From NCBI GenBank assembly GCA_034667005.1, contig JAXDKU010000003.1, positions 920 through 64,919 of the forward strand: 64,000 bases of DNA, written 5' to 3'. The number at the start of each line of letters is the position of its first letter. Within the stretch, counting starts at the first letter, position 1. Below, in pieces: positions 28,285 to 38,556 of this stretch. The notes beneath the pieces are model-generated. The model was given only the letters and a program-made list of their open reading frames with translations, was not told where the DNA came from and ran no database searches. Source of the stretch: Chloroflexota bacterium (lineage in GTDB: Bacteria; Chloroflexota; Limnocylindria; Limnocylindrales; CSP1-4). Position numbers and translations under genes: made by a program.

Positions 28285-29694
28285 TCAGCGACCGGGCTGC
28301 TGCACCAGCGCGGGGATCGTCCGCAGCATGATCTTGACGTCCATCCAAAGGGACCAGCGGTCGATGTAGGTGAGGTCCAGTGCCGCCCGCTCGTCGAAGT
28401 TGGAGTCGTCGCGCGCCTCGACCTGCCAGATGCCCGTGAGACCCGGGCGCATCGCCAGCCGCCGGCGGTGCCAGACGCTGTAGTCGGCGACCTCGCGCGG
28501 TGGGGCGGGTCGCGGCCCCACCAGGCTCATCTCTCCCCGCAGCACATTCAGCAGCTGCGGCAGCTCGTCGAGGCTGGTCCTGCGGAGCCAACGGCCGCTC
28601 GGGGTGATGCGCGGATCCGCGGTCATCTTGAACGCGGGCCCGACGACCTCGCTGAGCTGCGCGACGTCCGCGAAACGCTCCTCTGCGTCGGGGACCATGC
28701 TGCGGAACTTGAAGCAGGTGAACGGCCGGCCGTGCAGCCCGACGCGCTCCTGCCGAAAGAGCACGGGGCTGCCATCCGTGACGCGGATGTAGACCGCCAC
28801 CGCGACGAGCACGGGGCTGAGGAAGAGCAGCGCCCCGCCGCTGACCACGATGTCGAAGAGGCGCTTTACGGCCATGCCAAGGACGCGGTCAGGGCCGTGG
28901 AGGAACGTGACCAGCGGCGTCCCCTCCAGCTCGTCGTAGCGGCCGCCGGTCAGCACGCCACCCAGCGCCCGCATCGAGACCCGGACGATCTTGCCCTCCT
29001 CCTCGCAGATGCCGGTGATCGGCTCCACGTAGCTCCAGTCTCCCGGGGACAGGCAAATGGCGACCTCATCGATCACGCGCGAGTGCAGCACGTCCTCGAT
29101 CTCGTCGAGCGTCCCGATGATGGGATGGGCCGATTCCAGGGCCTCCTCGCCCGGTGCGGCAAGGTGGCCCATCACGCGCAGGCCGAGGGCGGTGTGTCCC
29201 TCGATCTCGCGCGCGAACCGCTGCGCCTCGGGCCCCGCGCCAACGATCAGCATCTGCCGGCTGTTGTAGCCGCGGCTGCGGATCCAGCTCAGGAACAGCC
29301 GCAGGCAGACGCGTGAGGCCACGGTCAGGATGGGCTGCGCGACGAGGAGGATCAGGACGAACAGGCGGCTGACGCTGTGCAGCTGGAGCAGGAACAGCAG
29401 CGTGAACGAGACGAGCGCCGCGAGCACCGAGGCCCGCAGCACGTCGGCGATCTCGCCACGGATCGACCAGTGCGTCCGCAGGCGGTAGAGGCCCAGGAGC
29501 CAGAGCGACGCGACCCAGATCACGCCGTAGGCCGCCGCGACTTCGAGGGGGGCAAGGCCGCCGACATCCCAGGTCGCCGTCGGGTCGAGATACGCGAAGC
29601 GGAAACCGACGACCAGGCCGAAGAGGACGATCGCGCTCAGGGCGTCCGCGGTCATCAACGCCAGGCGCAGGAGCGTGATGTGCCGTCGGATCAT
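28285..29694 (-). CDS. polyprenyl-phosphate hexose-1-phosphate transferase (WbaP/CpsE-like priming sugar transferase)
   Basis: N-terminal TM helices, a central Rossmann-like domain and the C-terminal bacterial sugar transferase domain (FKFRSM, SLVGPRP, DELPQL). Confidence 0.86.
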   Translation of the reverse strand: MIRRHITLLRLALMTADALSAIVLFGLVVGFRFAYLDPTATWDVGGLAPLEVAAAYGVIWVASLWLLGLYRLRTHWSIRGEIADVLRASVLAALVSFTLLFLLQLHSVSRLFVLILLVAQPILTVASRVCLRLFLSWIRSRGYNSRQMLIVGAGPEAQRFAREIEGHTALGLRVMGHLAAPGEEALESAHPIIGTLDEIEDVLHSRVIDEVAICLSPGDWSYVEPITGICEEEGKIVRVSMRALGGVLTGGRYDELEGTPLVTFLHGPDRVLGMAVKRLFDIVVSGGALLFLSPVLVAVAVYIRVTDGSPVLFRQERVGLHGRPFTCFKFRSMVPDAEERFADVAQLSEVVGPAFKMTADPRITPSGRWLRRTSLDELPQLLNVLRGEMSLVGPRPAPPREVADYSVWHRRRLAMRPGLTGIWQVEARDDSNFDERAALDLTYIDRWSLWMDVKIMLRTIPALVQQPGR

Positions 29695-29790
29695 CGATCC
29701 ACCTGGCCGTTAACCCCGAGTTCATCTTGCTGGCAGCCGGCAGAGGATACAGCGGCCCCGGTCGGGAACCCGCCGCCGCTGTGCCGCCTC

Positions 29791-30759
29791 CTACGGACGG
29801 TACGCCGCGGCCGGCGTTTCGGGTTCGGAGCAGAGAGAGGCGGCGTACTCGCGCAGCGCGCCGTCCCACGGCCTGAGGACGACACCGAGGCGGGCCGCCT
29901 TTCCGGCGTCAAGGACGGCCCAGGCCGGCGGAGTCGAGGCTCGGACGAACTCCGCCGCGCGGATCGGCTGGACCGCGATGTCCGTTCGGCAACGGGCCAG
30001 CACCACCTGCGCGGCCTCCAGCCGGGACGCCGTGCCGGCGTTGACCAGGTGGTACGTGCCAGCCCGGACCCGGGTAACCAGCCCCACGATCGCCTGCGCA
30101 AGATCCACGGCGTGGGTGGGCGACCCGACCTCATCCGCCACCATCTTCAGCGGCGCACCCGCTGGCAGGCGGGCTGCCGCGGCGAGCACCTTGGTCGGGA
30201 AGTCGTTGCCCGGCGGCCCGTAGAGCCACGCGGTTCGGACGATCGTCAGGCCCGGCCCGGCGTCCGCCGGGGCATCCGCGGCAGCGGGGGCCGCGTTCGC
30301 CCCCGCAGGACTCTCCCCGGCGAACGCCGCCAGCGCCGCCCGCTCGCCGGCGAGCTTGCTTGCGCCGTACGGGTTCGCCGGCCGTGGCTCGTCGTCCTCG
30401 TCGTAGCCCCGGCCGTCGGCACGCGCACCGTCGAAGACCTCGTTCGTGGAGATGAGCGTCAGCGCGGCTCCGGCACGCACGCAGGCAGCGGCAAGCTCCG
30501 CGACGGCCTCGCCATTCCGCCGCGCGGCCAGTGCTGGGTCGCGGGCGCAGCCGTCCACGTCGGTCCAGGCCGCGGCATGGATCACGCGGGCCGGCCGGTC
30601 TCGCGCCACCAGCCGCTCCGCTGCGGCCGGGTCGTCCAGGTCGTAGTCGGGCCTGGACCACGCGACGGTGGCGATGCCGCGTGCGACGAGCGCCGCGACG
30701 AGCGCGCGGCCCAGCCGGCCCGTCGAGCCCGTGACCGCCACGGGCCCGGACGCCGTCAC
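29791..30759 (-). CDS. rfbD: dTDP-4-dehydrorhamnose reductase
   Basis: VTGSTGRLG Rossmann motif and the RmlD pattern (NPYGASKLAGE). The GTG at 30759 overlaps the rfbB stop. Confidence 0.82.
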   Translation of the reverse strand: MTASGPVAVTGSTGRLGRALVAALVARGIATVAWSRPDYDLDDPAAAERLVARDRPARVIHAAAWTDVDGCARDPALAARRNGEAVAELAAACVRAGAALTLISTNEVFDGARADGRGYDEDDEPRPANPYGASKLAGERAALAAFAGESPAGANAAPAAADAPADAGPGLTIVRTAWLYGPPGNDFPTKVLAAAARLPAGAPLKMVADEVGSPTHAVDLAQAIVGLVTRVRAGTYHLVNAGTASRLEAAQVVLARCRTDIAVQPIRAAEFVRASTPPAWAVLDAGKAARLGVVLRPWDGALREYAASLCSEPETPAAAYRP

Positions 30760-31793
30760 GCCCCGACCGATTCCGTCAGCCGCCGCCCGTACTGGCGCTC
30801 GTAGTAATCGAGCCAGTCGCCGGACTTGGCGGGCTCCCACCACGAGCGGTGATCGGCGTACCAGGCCACCGTCGCGGCCAGCCCGTCCTCGAACGGCACG
30901 CGGGGCACCCAGCCCAGGGCACGCGCGGCGGCGCCGTCCATGGCATAGCGGCGGTCGTGGCCGGGACGGTCGGGCACGCTCCGAACCAGCGACCAGGGCT
31001 TGTCCAGCGTGCGGAGGATGAGCTCGGTGATGGCCCGGTTCGTGCGGGGCGCCTCCCCCGACAGGTTGTACACCTCGCCGGCCGTGCCCCGATCCAGGAT
31101 CCAGCCGATGCCGTCGGCGTGGTCGTCGACGTGAAGCCAGTCGCGCTGCTGAAGACCGTCTCCGTAGAGCGGCAGGGGCTGGTCGTCCAGCGCGTTGGTC
31201 ACGAACAGCGGGACCAGCTTCTCGGGGTGCTGGTGCGGACCGTACGTGTTCGCGCCCCGTGTGATCACGACGTCGATGCCGTGCGTGGTGCCGTACGAGC
31301 GCGCCAGCAGCTCGCCACATGCCTTGGCCGCCGCGTACGGGCTCCGCGGGACGACCGGATCCGTCTCCACGCTGGCGCCTTCCTCGACGGCACCGTAGAC
31401 CTCGTCCGTCGAAACCTGGAGGAACCGGCAGGGCCGTCTGCCGGCCGCGTCCCGGACGGCCTCGAGCAGCACGTGGACCCCGATGACCCCGGTCCGGAGG
31501 AACGCCTCGGCGTCCAGGATCGAGCGGTCAACGTGCGACTCCGCCGCGAAGTTCAGCACCGCGTCGACGTCCGTGAGCAGGGGCCGCACGTCGGCGGGCT
31601 CGGCGATGTCGCCGACGACGAAGCGCAGGCGAGGCGCCAGCGCCGGATCCTCCTCGACCTGCGCCAGGTTCGACCGGCTCCCGGCGTAGGTGAGCTTGTC
31701 CAGCACCACGATCTCGTCCGACGTGGAGGCCAGGCGGCGCCGCACGAAGGTGCTGCCGATGAAGCCCGCTCCGCCGGTGACGAGGAGCTTCAC
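30756..31793 (-). CDS. rfbB: dTDP-glucose 4,6-dehydratase
   Basis: LLVTGGAGFIGS plus YAAAK catalytic residues and a RmlB-like C-terminus. The GTG at 31793 overlaps the rfbA stop (GTGA). Confidence 0.88.
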   Translation of the reverse strand: MKLLVTGGAGFIGSTFVRRRLASTSDEIVVLDKLTYAGSRSNLAQVEEDPALAPRLRFVVGDIAEPADVRPLLTDVDAVLNFAAESHVDRSILDAEAFLRTGVIGVHVLLEAVRDAAGRRPCRFLQVSTDEVYGAVEEGASVETDPVVPRSPYAAAKACGELLARSYGTTHGIDVVITRGANTYGPHQHPEKLVPLFVTNALDDQPLPLYGDGLQQRDWLHVDDHADGIGWILDRGTAGEVYNLSGEAPRTNRAITELILRTLDKPWSLVRSVPDRPGHDRRYAMDGAAARALGWVPRVPFEDGLAATVAWYADHRSWWEPAKSGDWLDYYERQYGRRLTESVGA

Positions 31794-32548
31794 GGCCGGG
31801 TCGCGGGCAGCCCGTCCAGGCTGCCGTTCATGGCCGCCTCGGCCGCGACGCTGCCGGCGTGCAGCAGCGATTCGGTCGTGCCGGCGTCCGCCCAGTGGCC
31901 CTCGTACTCGCGCCAGAAGAGGCGCCCACCGGGAACGTAATGGTTCAGCACGTCGGTGATCTCGAACTCGCCGCGGCCGGACGGGCTGAGATGGGCGATG
32001 ACGTCGAACGCGTCGGGGCGGAGGAAATAGACGCCGATGGGGATCAGGTTGCTCCGCGGCTGCGCCGGCTTCTCCTCGAAGCCGACCAGCGCCCCGTTCT
32101 CGTCGAACTCCGCGACGCCGAAGCGCTGCGGGTCCGGCACTCGGTAGAGCAGGGAGCCGGCGCCCCACGGCCCGACGGAGAACTCCTCGGCGACGTCCGC
32201 CAGCGCCGGGCCGCGGAGGACGTTGTCGCCGAGGACGACGCAGAAGCTGTCGTCGGCCGCGAAGTCCCGCGCGAGCCCGATCGCATGCGCGATGCCCAGC
32301 GCGCCGCGCTGGTAGCGATACGTCAGGTCGAGCCCGAAGTCGGCCCCGTCCGCCAGCAGCTCCACGATGTCCCCGATGCTCCGGCCGCCCAGCACCACCA
32401 TGACCTCGCGGATGCCCATCCCGCGCAGCGTCTCGATGGGGTAGTAGATCATCGGGCGGTCGTACACCGGCAAGAGGTGCTTGTTGGTGACGCGCGTCAG
32501 GGGATCCAGTCGGGTTGCCGTGCCGCCGGCGAGGATCAGGCCCTTCAC
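31790..32548 (-). CDS. rfbA: glucose-1-phosphate thymidylyltransferase
   Basis: MKGLILAGGTATRL nucleotidyltransferase motif. The GTG start overlaps the upstream GT2 stop. Confidence 0.88.
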   Translation of the reverse strand: MKGLILAGGTATRLDPLTRVTNKHLLPVYDRPMIYYPIETLRGMGIREVMVVLGGRSIGDIVELLADGADFGLDLTYRYQRGALGIAHAIGLARDFAADDSFCVVLGDNVLRGPALADVAEEFSVGPWGAGSLLYRVPDPQRFGVAEFDENGALVGFEEKPAQPRSNLIPIGVYFLRPDAFDVIAHLSPSGRGEFEITDVLNHYVPGGRLFWREYEGHWADAGTTESLLHAGSVAAEAAMNGSLDGLPATRP

Positions 32549-33483
32549 GAGCCGCTGCCCCGCCCGAGGCGCAGCGCGGCCAGCTCCAGTCGCTCCCGGG
32601 CGCCGATCGCGGCGTAGGTCAGCCAGCTCACCCAGCGAGGATAGCGGGGCTCGTAATGCTGCCTGTAGAAGATCCTCATCGCCTCGTGGAACGCGGGGAT
32701 CGTCCGGAGGCGCCGGTCACGTGAGCTTGCGCGCTTCGTGTGGTGGACGGTGGCGGCCGGGGTGTACATGACGCGCCAGCCCTTCGCCTTGAGCCGGAAC
32801 GCCCAGTCGATGTCCTCGCCGTACATGAAGTAGCGCTCGTCGAGCAGCCCGACCTCTCGCGCCGCCTCGGCGCGAACCATCATGAACGCCCCGCACGGCG
32901 TGTCGATCTCCGTCTCTTGCCGCTCGTCCAGGTAGGTCAGGTTGTACTGCCCGAACGTGCGGCTGCGCGGAAAGGCGCGCGAGAGCAGGGTGATGCGAAA
33001 GAGCGAGCGGAGCGGAGTCGGAAACGTGCGCCGGCAGGCGAGGTCCAGGCTTCCGTCGGGCAGCAGCAGGCGCGCCGTGGCACAGCCGACGTCCGGGCGG
33101 GCGTCCATGTAGGCGGTCATCGTGGCGATCGCGTCCGGCTCGACGCGCGCGTCCGGATTGAGCAGGAGCAGGTAGCGCCCAGTGGCCAGGCGCAGGCCCT
33201 GGTTGGAGGCGCGCGCGAAGCCCACGTTCGTCGCGTTGCGAATGATTCGAATGCCGGGGAACGCTCGCTCGCTCGCGGCCACATCGAACGAGCGCGACGC
33301 GTTGTCGATCAGGAAGACCTCCAGCGACCGTGCGGCGGTGCTCGCGGCCAGCGCGCGGAGGCAGCGATCCAGCTCCCCGGGCGTCTCGAAGTGGACGATG
33401 ACCACGCTGACGTCCGGGCCCGAGTGGCCGGAGCCGGCGTCCGCGGCACCTCCCCGGGGAGCGTCAGCGGGGCGGTCGCCCAA
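32545..33483 (-). CDS. GT2-family glycosyltransferase (rhamnosyltransferase-like)
   Basis: VSVVIVHFE...FLIDNASR...NVGFARASNQG are GT2 motifs. A proposed TTG start at 33483 has GGAGG 7 nt upstream. The rest of the 831-aa ORF (to 35040) is antisense shadow of the plus-strand gene. Confidence 0.78.
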   Translation of the reverse strand: MGDRPADAPRGGAADAGSGHSGPDVSVVIVHFETPGELDRCLRALAASTAARSLEVFLIDNASRSFDVAASERAFPGIRIIRNATNVGFARASNQGLRLATGRYLLLLNPDARVEPDAIATMTAYMDARPDVGCATARLLLPDGSLDLACRRTFPTPLRSLFRITLLSRAFPRSRTFGQYNLTYLDERQETEIDTPCGAFMMVRAEAAREVGLLDERYFMYGEDIDWAFRLKAKGWRVMYTPAATVHHTKRASSRDRRLRTIPAFHEAMRIFYRQHYEPRYPRWVSWLTYAAIGARERLELAALRLGRGSGS

Positions 33484-33528
33484 TCTCGGCTCCTCCAGCG
33501 GCGATTCTCCCCACGATAGACTGCCGCG

Positions 33529-34848
33529 GTGACCGCAGGGGAGGCGACGTGGCCGAAGGCAGGCCGAGGGTTCGCCGGGACCGCCCTGCTCGTGGCCCTC
33601 TTCCTGATCCCACTCTATCCAAAGATCGGCCTCCTGTCGGTCCCGGGCACCTACATCCCCGTCCGCATCGACGACCTCCTCATCGGCGGATGCGTGGCCG
33701 TCTGGCTGGCCGGTCTCGTCATGCAGCGCCGCGTGCCGTTCGTGCCGGCGCAGCTGGGGCTCGCGGCGGCGGCATGGGTGGGCTGCGGGCTGATCTCGCT
33801 GATCGTCGGTGCCGTCGTCCTGCGCACGATCGCCGCGACCACGGGGCTGGCCTACTGGGCGAAGCCCATCGAATACCTGCTCCTCGGTCTGATCGCCTAC
33901 GACCAGGTCCGAATGGGCCGTCTCTCGCCCCGGCTGGTGCTGGTCACGGTCTTCGCCTCCGCCGCCGGCGTTGTCGCGTACGGGGTGCTGGAACGCTTCG
34001 GCGTGCTGCCGCAGCTGCCCGGCTGGACCCCGAACCCCGGGTCGCTCTTCGCCACGACCGGCGACCCCCACGAGCTCGCCACGTACCTCGGCATGCTGAT
34101 CGTCCTGAGCGCCGTCCTCTGGCGGCATGCCCCGCGGAAGGCGCGAATCGCGTGGGCATTCGCGCTGGTGCCGACGGTCTTCGTGCTCTTCAGTAGTGCC
34201 GGACGCTCGGAGTACGTGGCGGCAGTCGTGTGCCTCGCCGCGCTGGCGTTCCACCGGCCCAGCCGCAAACCTGCACTGCTGGCGCTCGCCGTGATGGTCG
34301 TGCTCTTCGCGACGCCACCCACGCTGCGCGCCCTCGGCGCCGTGCCCGCTCCGAGCGGCTCGACGACAACGGACGTCTCCGCGCGCTTCGACGACGACTC
34401 GCTGATCGGGAACCTGAAGGTGCGGTTCCTCTACAAGTGGCCCGCGTACCTCAACGCGACCCTGCGCGACCCGCTGTTCGGGCTCGGCCCGTCGGTGGCC
34501 ACGGAGGCGGCCGACGGCTACTACGTCCGCTCCATCGTGGAGACGGGCATCGTGGGAACGGTCGCGTTCGCGGCGCTCCTCCTGGCCGTGGTCGCCGGCC
34601 TGCGCCGGGCGGCGCGTTCCATGACCGATTCGACCCGCACGCTGGCCCAGGGCCTGCTGGCGGCGACCGCGTTCCTGGGGATCGTGGGAATCCTGATCGA
34701 TACCTGGGTCGCATCGCGTGTCATGGAGATCTACTGGCCGCTCGTGGGCACCGCGCTGGCGGGCTGGACCGGCGCGCGGCACGGGTTTCGCGCCGAGGCC
34801 CCGGCGCTGCGGACGGGGGACGACGCTTCGAGCAGGGTGACTTGGTAG
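33529..34848 (+). CDS. O-antigen ligase/polymerase-like (Wzy family) membrane protein
   Basis: ~10-12 hydrophobic helices with a large periplasmic loop. GC3-rich. Confidence 0.72.
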   Translation: MTAGEATWPKAGRGFAGTALLVALFLIPLYPKIGLLSVPGTYIPVRIDDLLIGGCVAVWLAGLVMQRRVPFVPAQLGLAAAAWVGCGLISLIVGAVVLRTIAATTGLAYWAKPIEYLLLGLIAYDQVRMGRLSPRLVLVTVFASAAGVVAYGVLERFGVLPQLPGWTPNPGSLFATTGDPHELATYLGMLIVLSAVLWRHAPRKARIAWAFALVPTVFVLFSSAGRSEYVAAVVCLAALAFHRPSRKPALLALAVMVVLFATPPTLRALGAVPAPSGSTTTDVSARFDDDSLIGNLKVRFLYKWPAYLNATLRDPLFGLGPSVATEAADGYYVRSIVETGIVGTVAFAALLLAVVAGLRRAARSMTDSTRTLAQGLLAATAFLGIVGILIDTWVASRVMEIYWPLVGTALAGWTGARHGFRAEAPALRTGDDASSRVTW

Positions 34849-34900
34849 AGTCGGCGCACGAACGCCCACGTCGGGCGGCTCGGCACCGAGGTGGACCATC

Positions 34901-36139
34901 TTGACTGGCGTAGCGGCGTCCGAGAGCGCCCCGATCGGAGCGGCGACCGCCCCTCCCGACGTCGTGGTCGTCGGCGGCGGCGGCCACGTCGGGCTCCCGT
35001 TCTCGCTGAAGCTGGCCGAGGCCGGCCTTAGCGTGGGCATCTACGACGTCGCCGAGGCCACCCTGGAACGCATCGCCCGCGGCGAGATGCCCTTCATGGA
35101 GACGGGCGCGGAGGACCTCCTGAAGAGCCTCCTCCCGACCGGCCGGCTCAGCTTCAGCGCCGATCCCTCGATCCTGCACGGCGTCGACACCGTGGTCGTG
35201 GTCATCGGGACGCCTATCGACGAGTTCCTCAACCCATCGATGGCCATCTTCGACCGCGCCGTGGATCAGCTGGAGCCGCACCTCGACGACGGCGCGCTCC
35301 TCGTGCTGCGGAGCACGGTGTACCCCGGCACGACCGCCCACGTCATCCGCGTCCTCCGGGACCGTGGCCGGCCCGTGGACGTCTGCTTCTGCCCCGAGCG
35401 CATCGCGGAGGGGCACGCACTCGAGGAGCTGACGGGTCTCCCGCAGATCGTCGGTGCGGACGACGAGCGCGCGGGGGACCGGGCCGAGGCGCTGTTCCGC
35501 CGGCTCGGCGCGGAGACGGTCCGGACGAGCGCCAAGGAGGCGGAGCTGGCCAAGCTCTTCACGAACGCGTGGCGATACATGAAGTTCGCGGTCGCGAACC
35601 AGTTCTTCATGATCTCCCACGACGCGAACGTGGACTACAACAACGTGCTCCACGCGATCCGGCACCACTACCCGCGGGCGCTGGACCTGCCCGGCCCGGG
35701 ATTCGCGGCCGGGCCTTGCCTGCTCAAGGACACCATGCAGCTCGCGGCGTTCACCAGCGACCACTTCCCGATGGGCCAGTCGGCCATGCAGATCAACGAG
35801 GGCCTGCCGGCCTACGTGGTCACCGGCATGGAGCGCCGCTACGGCAGCCTGGTCGGCCGCAAGGTCGGGATCCTGGGCATGGCCTTCAAGGCGGAGTCGG
35901 ACGATGCGCGGGCATCGCTCAGCTACAAGCTTCGCAAGCTCCTCAGCTGGGCCGGCGCGGAGGTGTCCTGCACGGACCCGTTCGTGCAGGATCCGCGGTT
36001 GCGGCCCCTGGAGACCGTGCTCCGGGAGAGCGAGCTGCTCGTGCTCGGCGTGCCCCACCGGGCGTATCGCGGCATCGAGCTCGGCGGCCGCGAGCTGGTG
36101 GACGTCTGGGGCATCAGCGACAGCGGCATCATGCTGTGA
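34901..36139 (+). CDS. nucleotide-sugar dehydrogenase (UDP-glucose/GDP-mannose dehydrogenase family)
   Basis: N-terminal VVGGGGHVGLP Rossmann motif. Catalytic Cys in the GPCLLKD context. Confidence 0.85.
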   Translation: MTGVAASESAPIGAATAPPDVVVVGGGGHVGLPFSLKLAEAGLSVGIYDVAEATLERIARGEMPFMETGAEDLLKSLLPTGRLSFSADPSILHGVDTVVVVIGTPIDEFLNPSMAIFDRAVDQLEPHLDDGALLVLRSTVYPGTTAHVIRVLRDRGRPVDVCFCPERIAEGHALEELTGLPQIVGADDERAGDRAEALFRRLGAETVRTSAKEAELAKLFTNAWRYMKFAVANQFFMISHDANVDYNNVLHAIRHHYPRALDLPGPGFAAGPCLLKDTMQLAAFTSDHFPMGQSAMQINEGLPAYVVTGMERRYGSLVGRKVGILGMAFKAESDDARASLSYKLRKLLSWAGAEVSCTDPFVQDPRLRPLETVLRESELLVLGVPHRAYRGIELGGRELVDVWGISDSGIML

Positions 36140-36149
36140 CGGACGCTCG

Positions 36150-37169
36150 ATGAAGGTCCTCGTCACCGGCGCGGCCGGCTTCATCTGCGGCTACCTCGTG
36201 GAGGAGCTCCTCGCCGCGGGCCACGAGGTGGTCGGGCTGGACAACTTCAGCAAGTACGGCCGCGTCGCAAAGAGCTACGACGCGCATCCCGCCTACCGTT
36301 TCGTCGAGGGTGACGCGAAGGACGTGGCACTCCTGACCGAGCTCGCCGCGGACGTGGACCAGGTCGTGGCGGCGGCCGCCATGATCGGCGGCATCAGCTA
36401 TTTCCACGAGTTCGCCTACGACCTGCTGGCCGAGAACGAGCGGATCCTGGCGGCGACCTTCGACGCGGCGATCGCCTCCTGCCGCAGCGGACGGGCCAGC
36501 CGCATCGTGGTGCTGTCGAGCTCGATGGTCTACGAGTCCACCGACGAGTTCCCGTCGCCGGAAGGGGCGCAGCTGACCAGCCCACCGCCGCTGTCGACCT
36601 ACGGCTTCCAGAAGCTGGCCAGCGAGTACTTCGCGCGCGGGGCGCTGGAGCAGCACGGCCTGCCGTACACGATCCTGCGGCCGTTCAACTGCGTCGGCAT
36701 CGGCGAGCGCCGCGCCGTGCGGGACACCGAGATCATGAGCGGCAACGTGAAGCTGGCGCTCTCCCACGTGGTCCCGGACCTCGTCGTGAAGATCCTCGGC
36801 GGCCAGGACCCGCTCCACATCCTGGGCGATGGCGGCCAGGTCCGGCACTACACCTACGGGGGTGACCTCGCGCGCGGAATCCGCACTGCCATGGAGTCCT
36901 CCGCGGCGGTCAACGACGACTTCAACCTCTCCACGGCGCAGAGCACCACGGTCCTCGAGCTCGCCGAGACGATCTGGCGAAAGATCCGGGGAGACCGTCC
37001 GTTCCGCGTCGTGCACGACACGCCGTTCGCCCACGATGTGCAGCGCAGGGTGCCGGACGTTCGCAAGGCCCGGGACGTGCTCGGATTTGAGGCCACGACA
37101 ACGCTCAGCGAGATGCTCGACGAGGTGATTCCATGGATCGAGGGGGAGCTGACGGCGGGCCGCATCTAG
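36150..37169 (+). CDS. NAD-dependent epimerase/dehydratase (extended SDR)
   Basis: MKVLVTGAAGFICGYL, YGFQK (YxxxK). Confidence 0.85.
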   Translation: MKVLVTGAAGFICGYLVEELLAAGHEVVGLDNFSKYGRVAKSYDAHPAYRFVEGDAKDVALLTELAADVDQVVAAAAMIGGISYFHEFAYDLLAENERILAATFDAAIASCRSGRASRIVVLSSSMVYESTDEFPSPEGAQLTSPPPLSTYGFQKLASEYFARGALEQHGLPYTILRPFNCVGIGERRAVRDTEIMSGNVKLALSHVVPDLVVKILGGQDPLHILGDGGQVRHYTYGGDLARGIRTAMESSAAVNDDFNLSTAQSTTVLELAETIWRKIRGDRPFRVVHDTPFAHDVQRRVPDVRKARDVLGFEATTTLSEMLDEVIPWIEGELTAGRI

Positions 37170-37825
37170 CGACTGATCACGACGCCGTCTACGAGGGCCG
37201 CTTCGGCTCGGACGACTGGGGCGCCCGCTCCCGCATCTGGCGTGAGATCGCACGCCACCTCCAGCGCTACGTGCCGCGGGACGCGGTCGTGCTGGACATC
37301 GGCGCGGACCGCGCGCTGTTCACCGCGAACATTCAGGCCGGCGAGCGCTGGGCCAGCGACATCCGCGACATGTCGGGGCACATGCCGGCCGGCGTCCGGT
37401 TCGTCCAGTCGGACGGCCTGGCCCTCGGGGACGTGCTGCCCGCGGGGTCGTTCGACCGGGTGTTCATGAGCAACTACCTGGAACACCTGCCCTCAGCGGA
37501 TGCGGTCGTGCAGCAGATGCGCGTCGTGGCCGGGCTGCTCAAGCCCGGTGGCCGGGTGATCGTCCTCCAGCCCAACATCCGGCTGGCCGGCGGGTCCTAC
37601 TGGGACTTCATCGACCACAAGGTCCCGCTGACGGAGCGCAGCCTCGAGGAGGCGGCGTCGCTCGCGGGCCTGCGGACGACCAAGGTCGTCACGCGATTCC
37701 TGCCCTACACGACCAAGAGCCGCCTGCCGCAATCCTCGGCCCTGGTGCGCCTGTACCTGGCGGTGCCCCTCGCGTGGCGCCTCCTCGGCAAGCAGACGCT
37801 GTTCATCGCGGAACGGCCGGCGTGA
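37133..37825 (+). CDS. class I SAM-dependent methyltransferase
   Basis: VLDIGAD motif I-like with Methyltransf_11/23-like spacing. The start is uncertain: a 37-bp overlap with the upstream gene if the ATG at 37133 is used. Confidence 0.65.
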   Translation: MDRGGADGGPHLATDHDAVYEGRFGSDDWGARSRIWREIARHLQRYVPRDAVVLDIGADRALFTANIQAGERWASDIRDMSGHMPAGVRFVQSDGLALGDVLPAGSFDRVFMSNYLEHLPSADAVVQQMRVVAGLLKPGGRVIVLQPNIRLAGGSYWDFIDHKVPLTERSLEEAASLAGLRTTKVVTRFLPYTTKSRLPQSSALVRLYLAVPLAWRLLGKQTLFIAERPA

Positions 37826-38556
37826 TCGAGCCCGAGCTCTCGCTCGTCATCCCCGTCTACAACGAGCCCGACAACATCGGCCCGACGCTGCGCGAGATCG
37901 CGGACAAGGTCCGCACGCCCGCCGAGATCCTGGTGGTCTACGACTTCGACGAGGACACCACGGTGCCCGTCGTTCGCGCGCTCATCCCGGAGATGCCGGG
38001 CGTGCGGCTCGTTCGCAACGATCTCGGGCGCGGTGTGCTCAACGCGATGAAGTCGGGCATCGCCGCGTCCACGGGCCGTTTCGTGGTCATCTCCATGGCC
38101 GACGGCTCAGACGACGTCGTCTGTGTCGACACCATGGTCGCGCTCGCGCGGGACGGCGCGGACCTCGTTGCCGCGAGCCGCTACGTCAGGGGAGGGCGCC
38201 AGCTGGGCGGCCCGCGGCTGAAGGGCCTCATGAGCCGCGCCGCGGGGCTGAGCCTCCACTGGCTCGGCGGCGTGCCCGTCCACGACGCGACGAACAACTT
38301 CAAGCTCTACGGCCGCGACTTCCTCGACTCGGTGCACATCGACAGCACGGGCGGCTTCGAGCTGGCGCTGGAGCTCACGGTCAAGGCCGCGCTCGACGGC
38401 CGGCGCCTTGCCGAGGTCCCCGCCACGTGGCGAGACCGGACCGCGGGAGAGAGCCGCTTCCGGCTGCGCGCCTGGCTCCCTCTCTACCTGCGCTGGTACC
38501 TCTATCTGTTCCGCGGCCGGATCGCGCATCTCCTGGGGCGGGCCTGGCCGAGGTGA
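37822..38556 (+). CDS. GT2 polyprenyl-phosphate sugar synthase (DPM1/ArnC-like)
   Basis: LSLVIPVYNEPDNI, VVYDFDEDTT and a DxD-like ADGSDD. The GTG overlaps the upstream stop. Confidence 0.8.
   Translation: MIEPELSLVIPVYNEPDNIGPTLREIADKVRTPAEILVVYDFDEDTTVPVVRALIPEMPGVRLVRNDLGRGVLNAMKSGIAASTGRFVVISMADGSDDVVCVDTMVALARDGADLVAASRYVRGGRQLGGPRLKGLMSRAAGLSLHWLGGVPVHDATNNFKLYGRDFLDSVHIDSTGGFELALELTVKAALDGRRLAEVPATWRDRTAGESRFRLRAWLPLYLRWYLYLFRGRIAHLLGRAWPR

Noticed and set aside
32545-35040. 831-aa minus-strand ORF spanning the GT2 gene and the whole Wzy-like gene
   Set aside because: Only the lower part (32545-33483) has GT2 motifs. The upper 1.5 kb is antisense to a bona fide polytopic membrane protein gene. 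Its translation is R/A/P/G-rich low complexity, typical of shadow ORFs in ~70% GC DNA.
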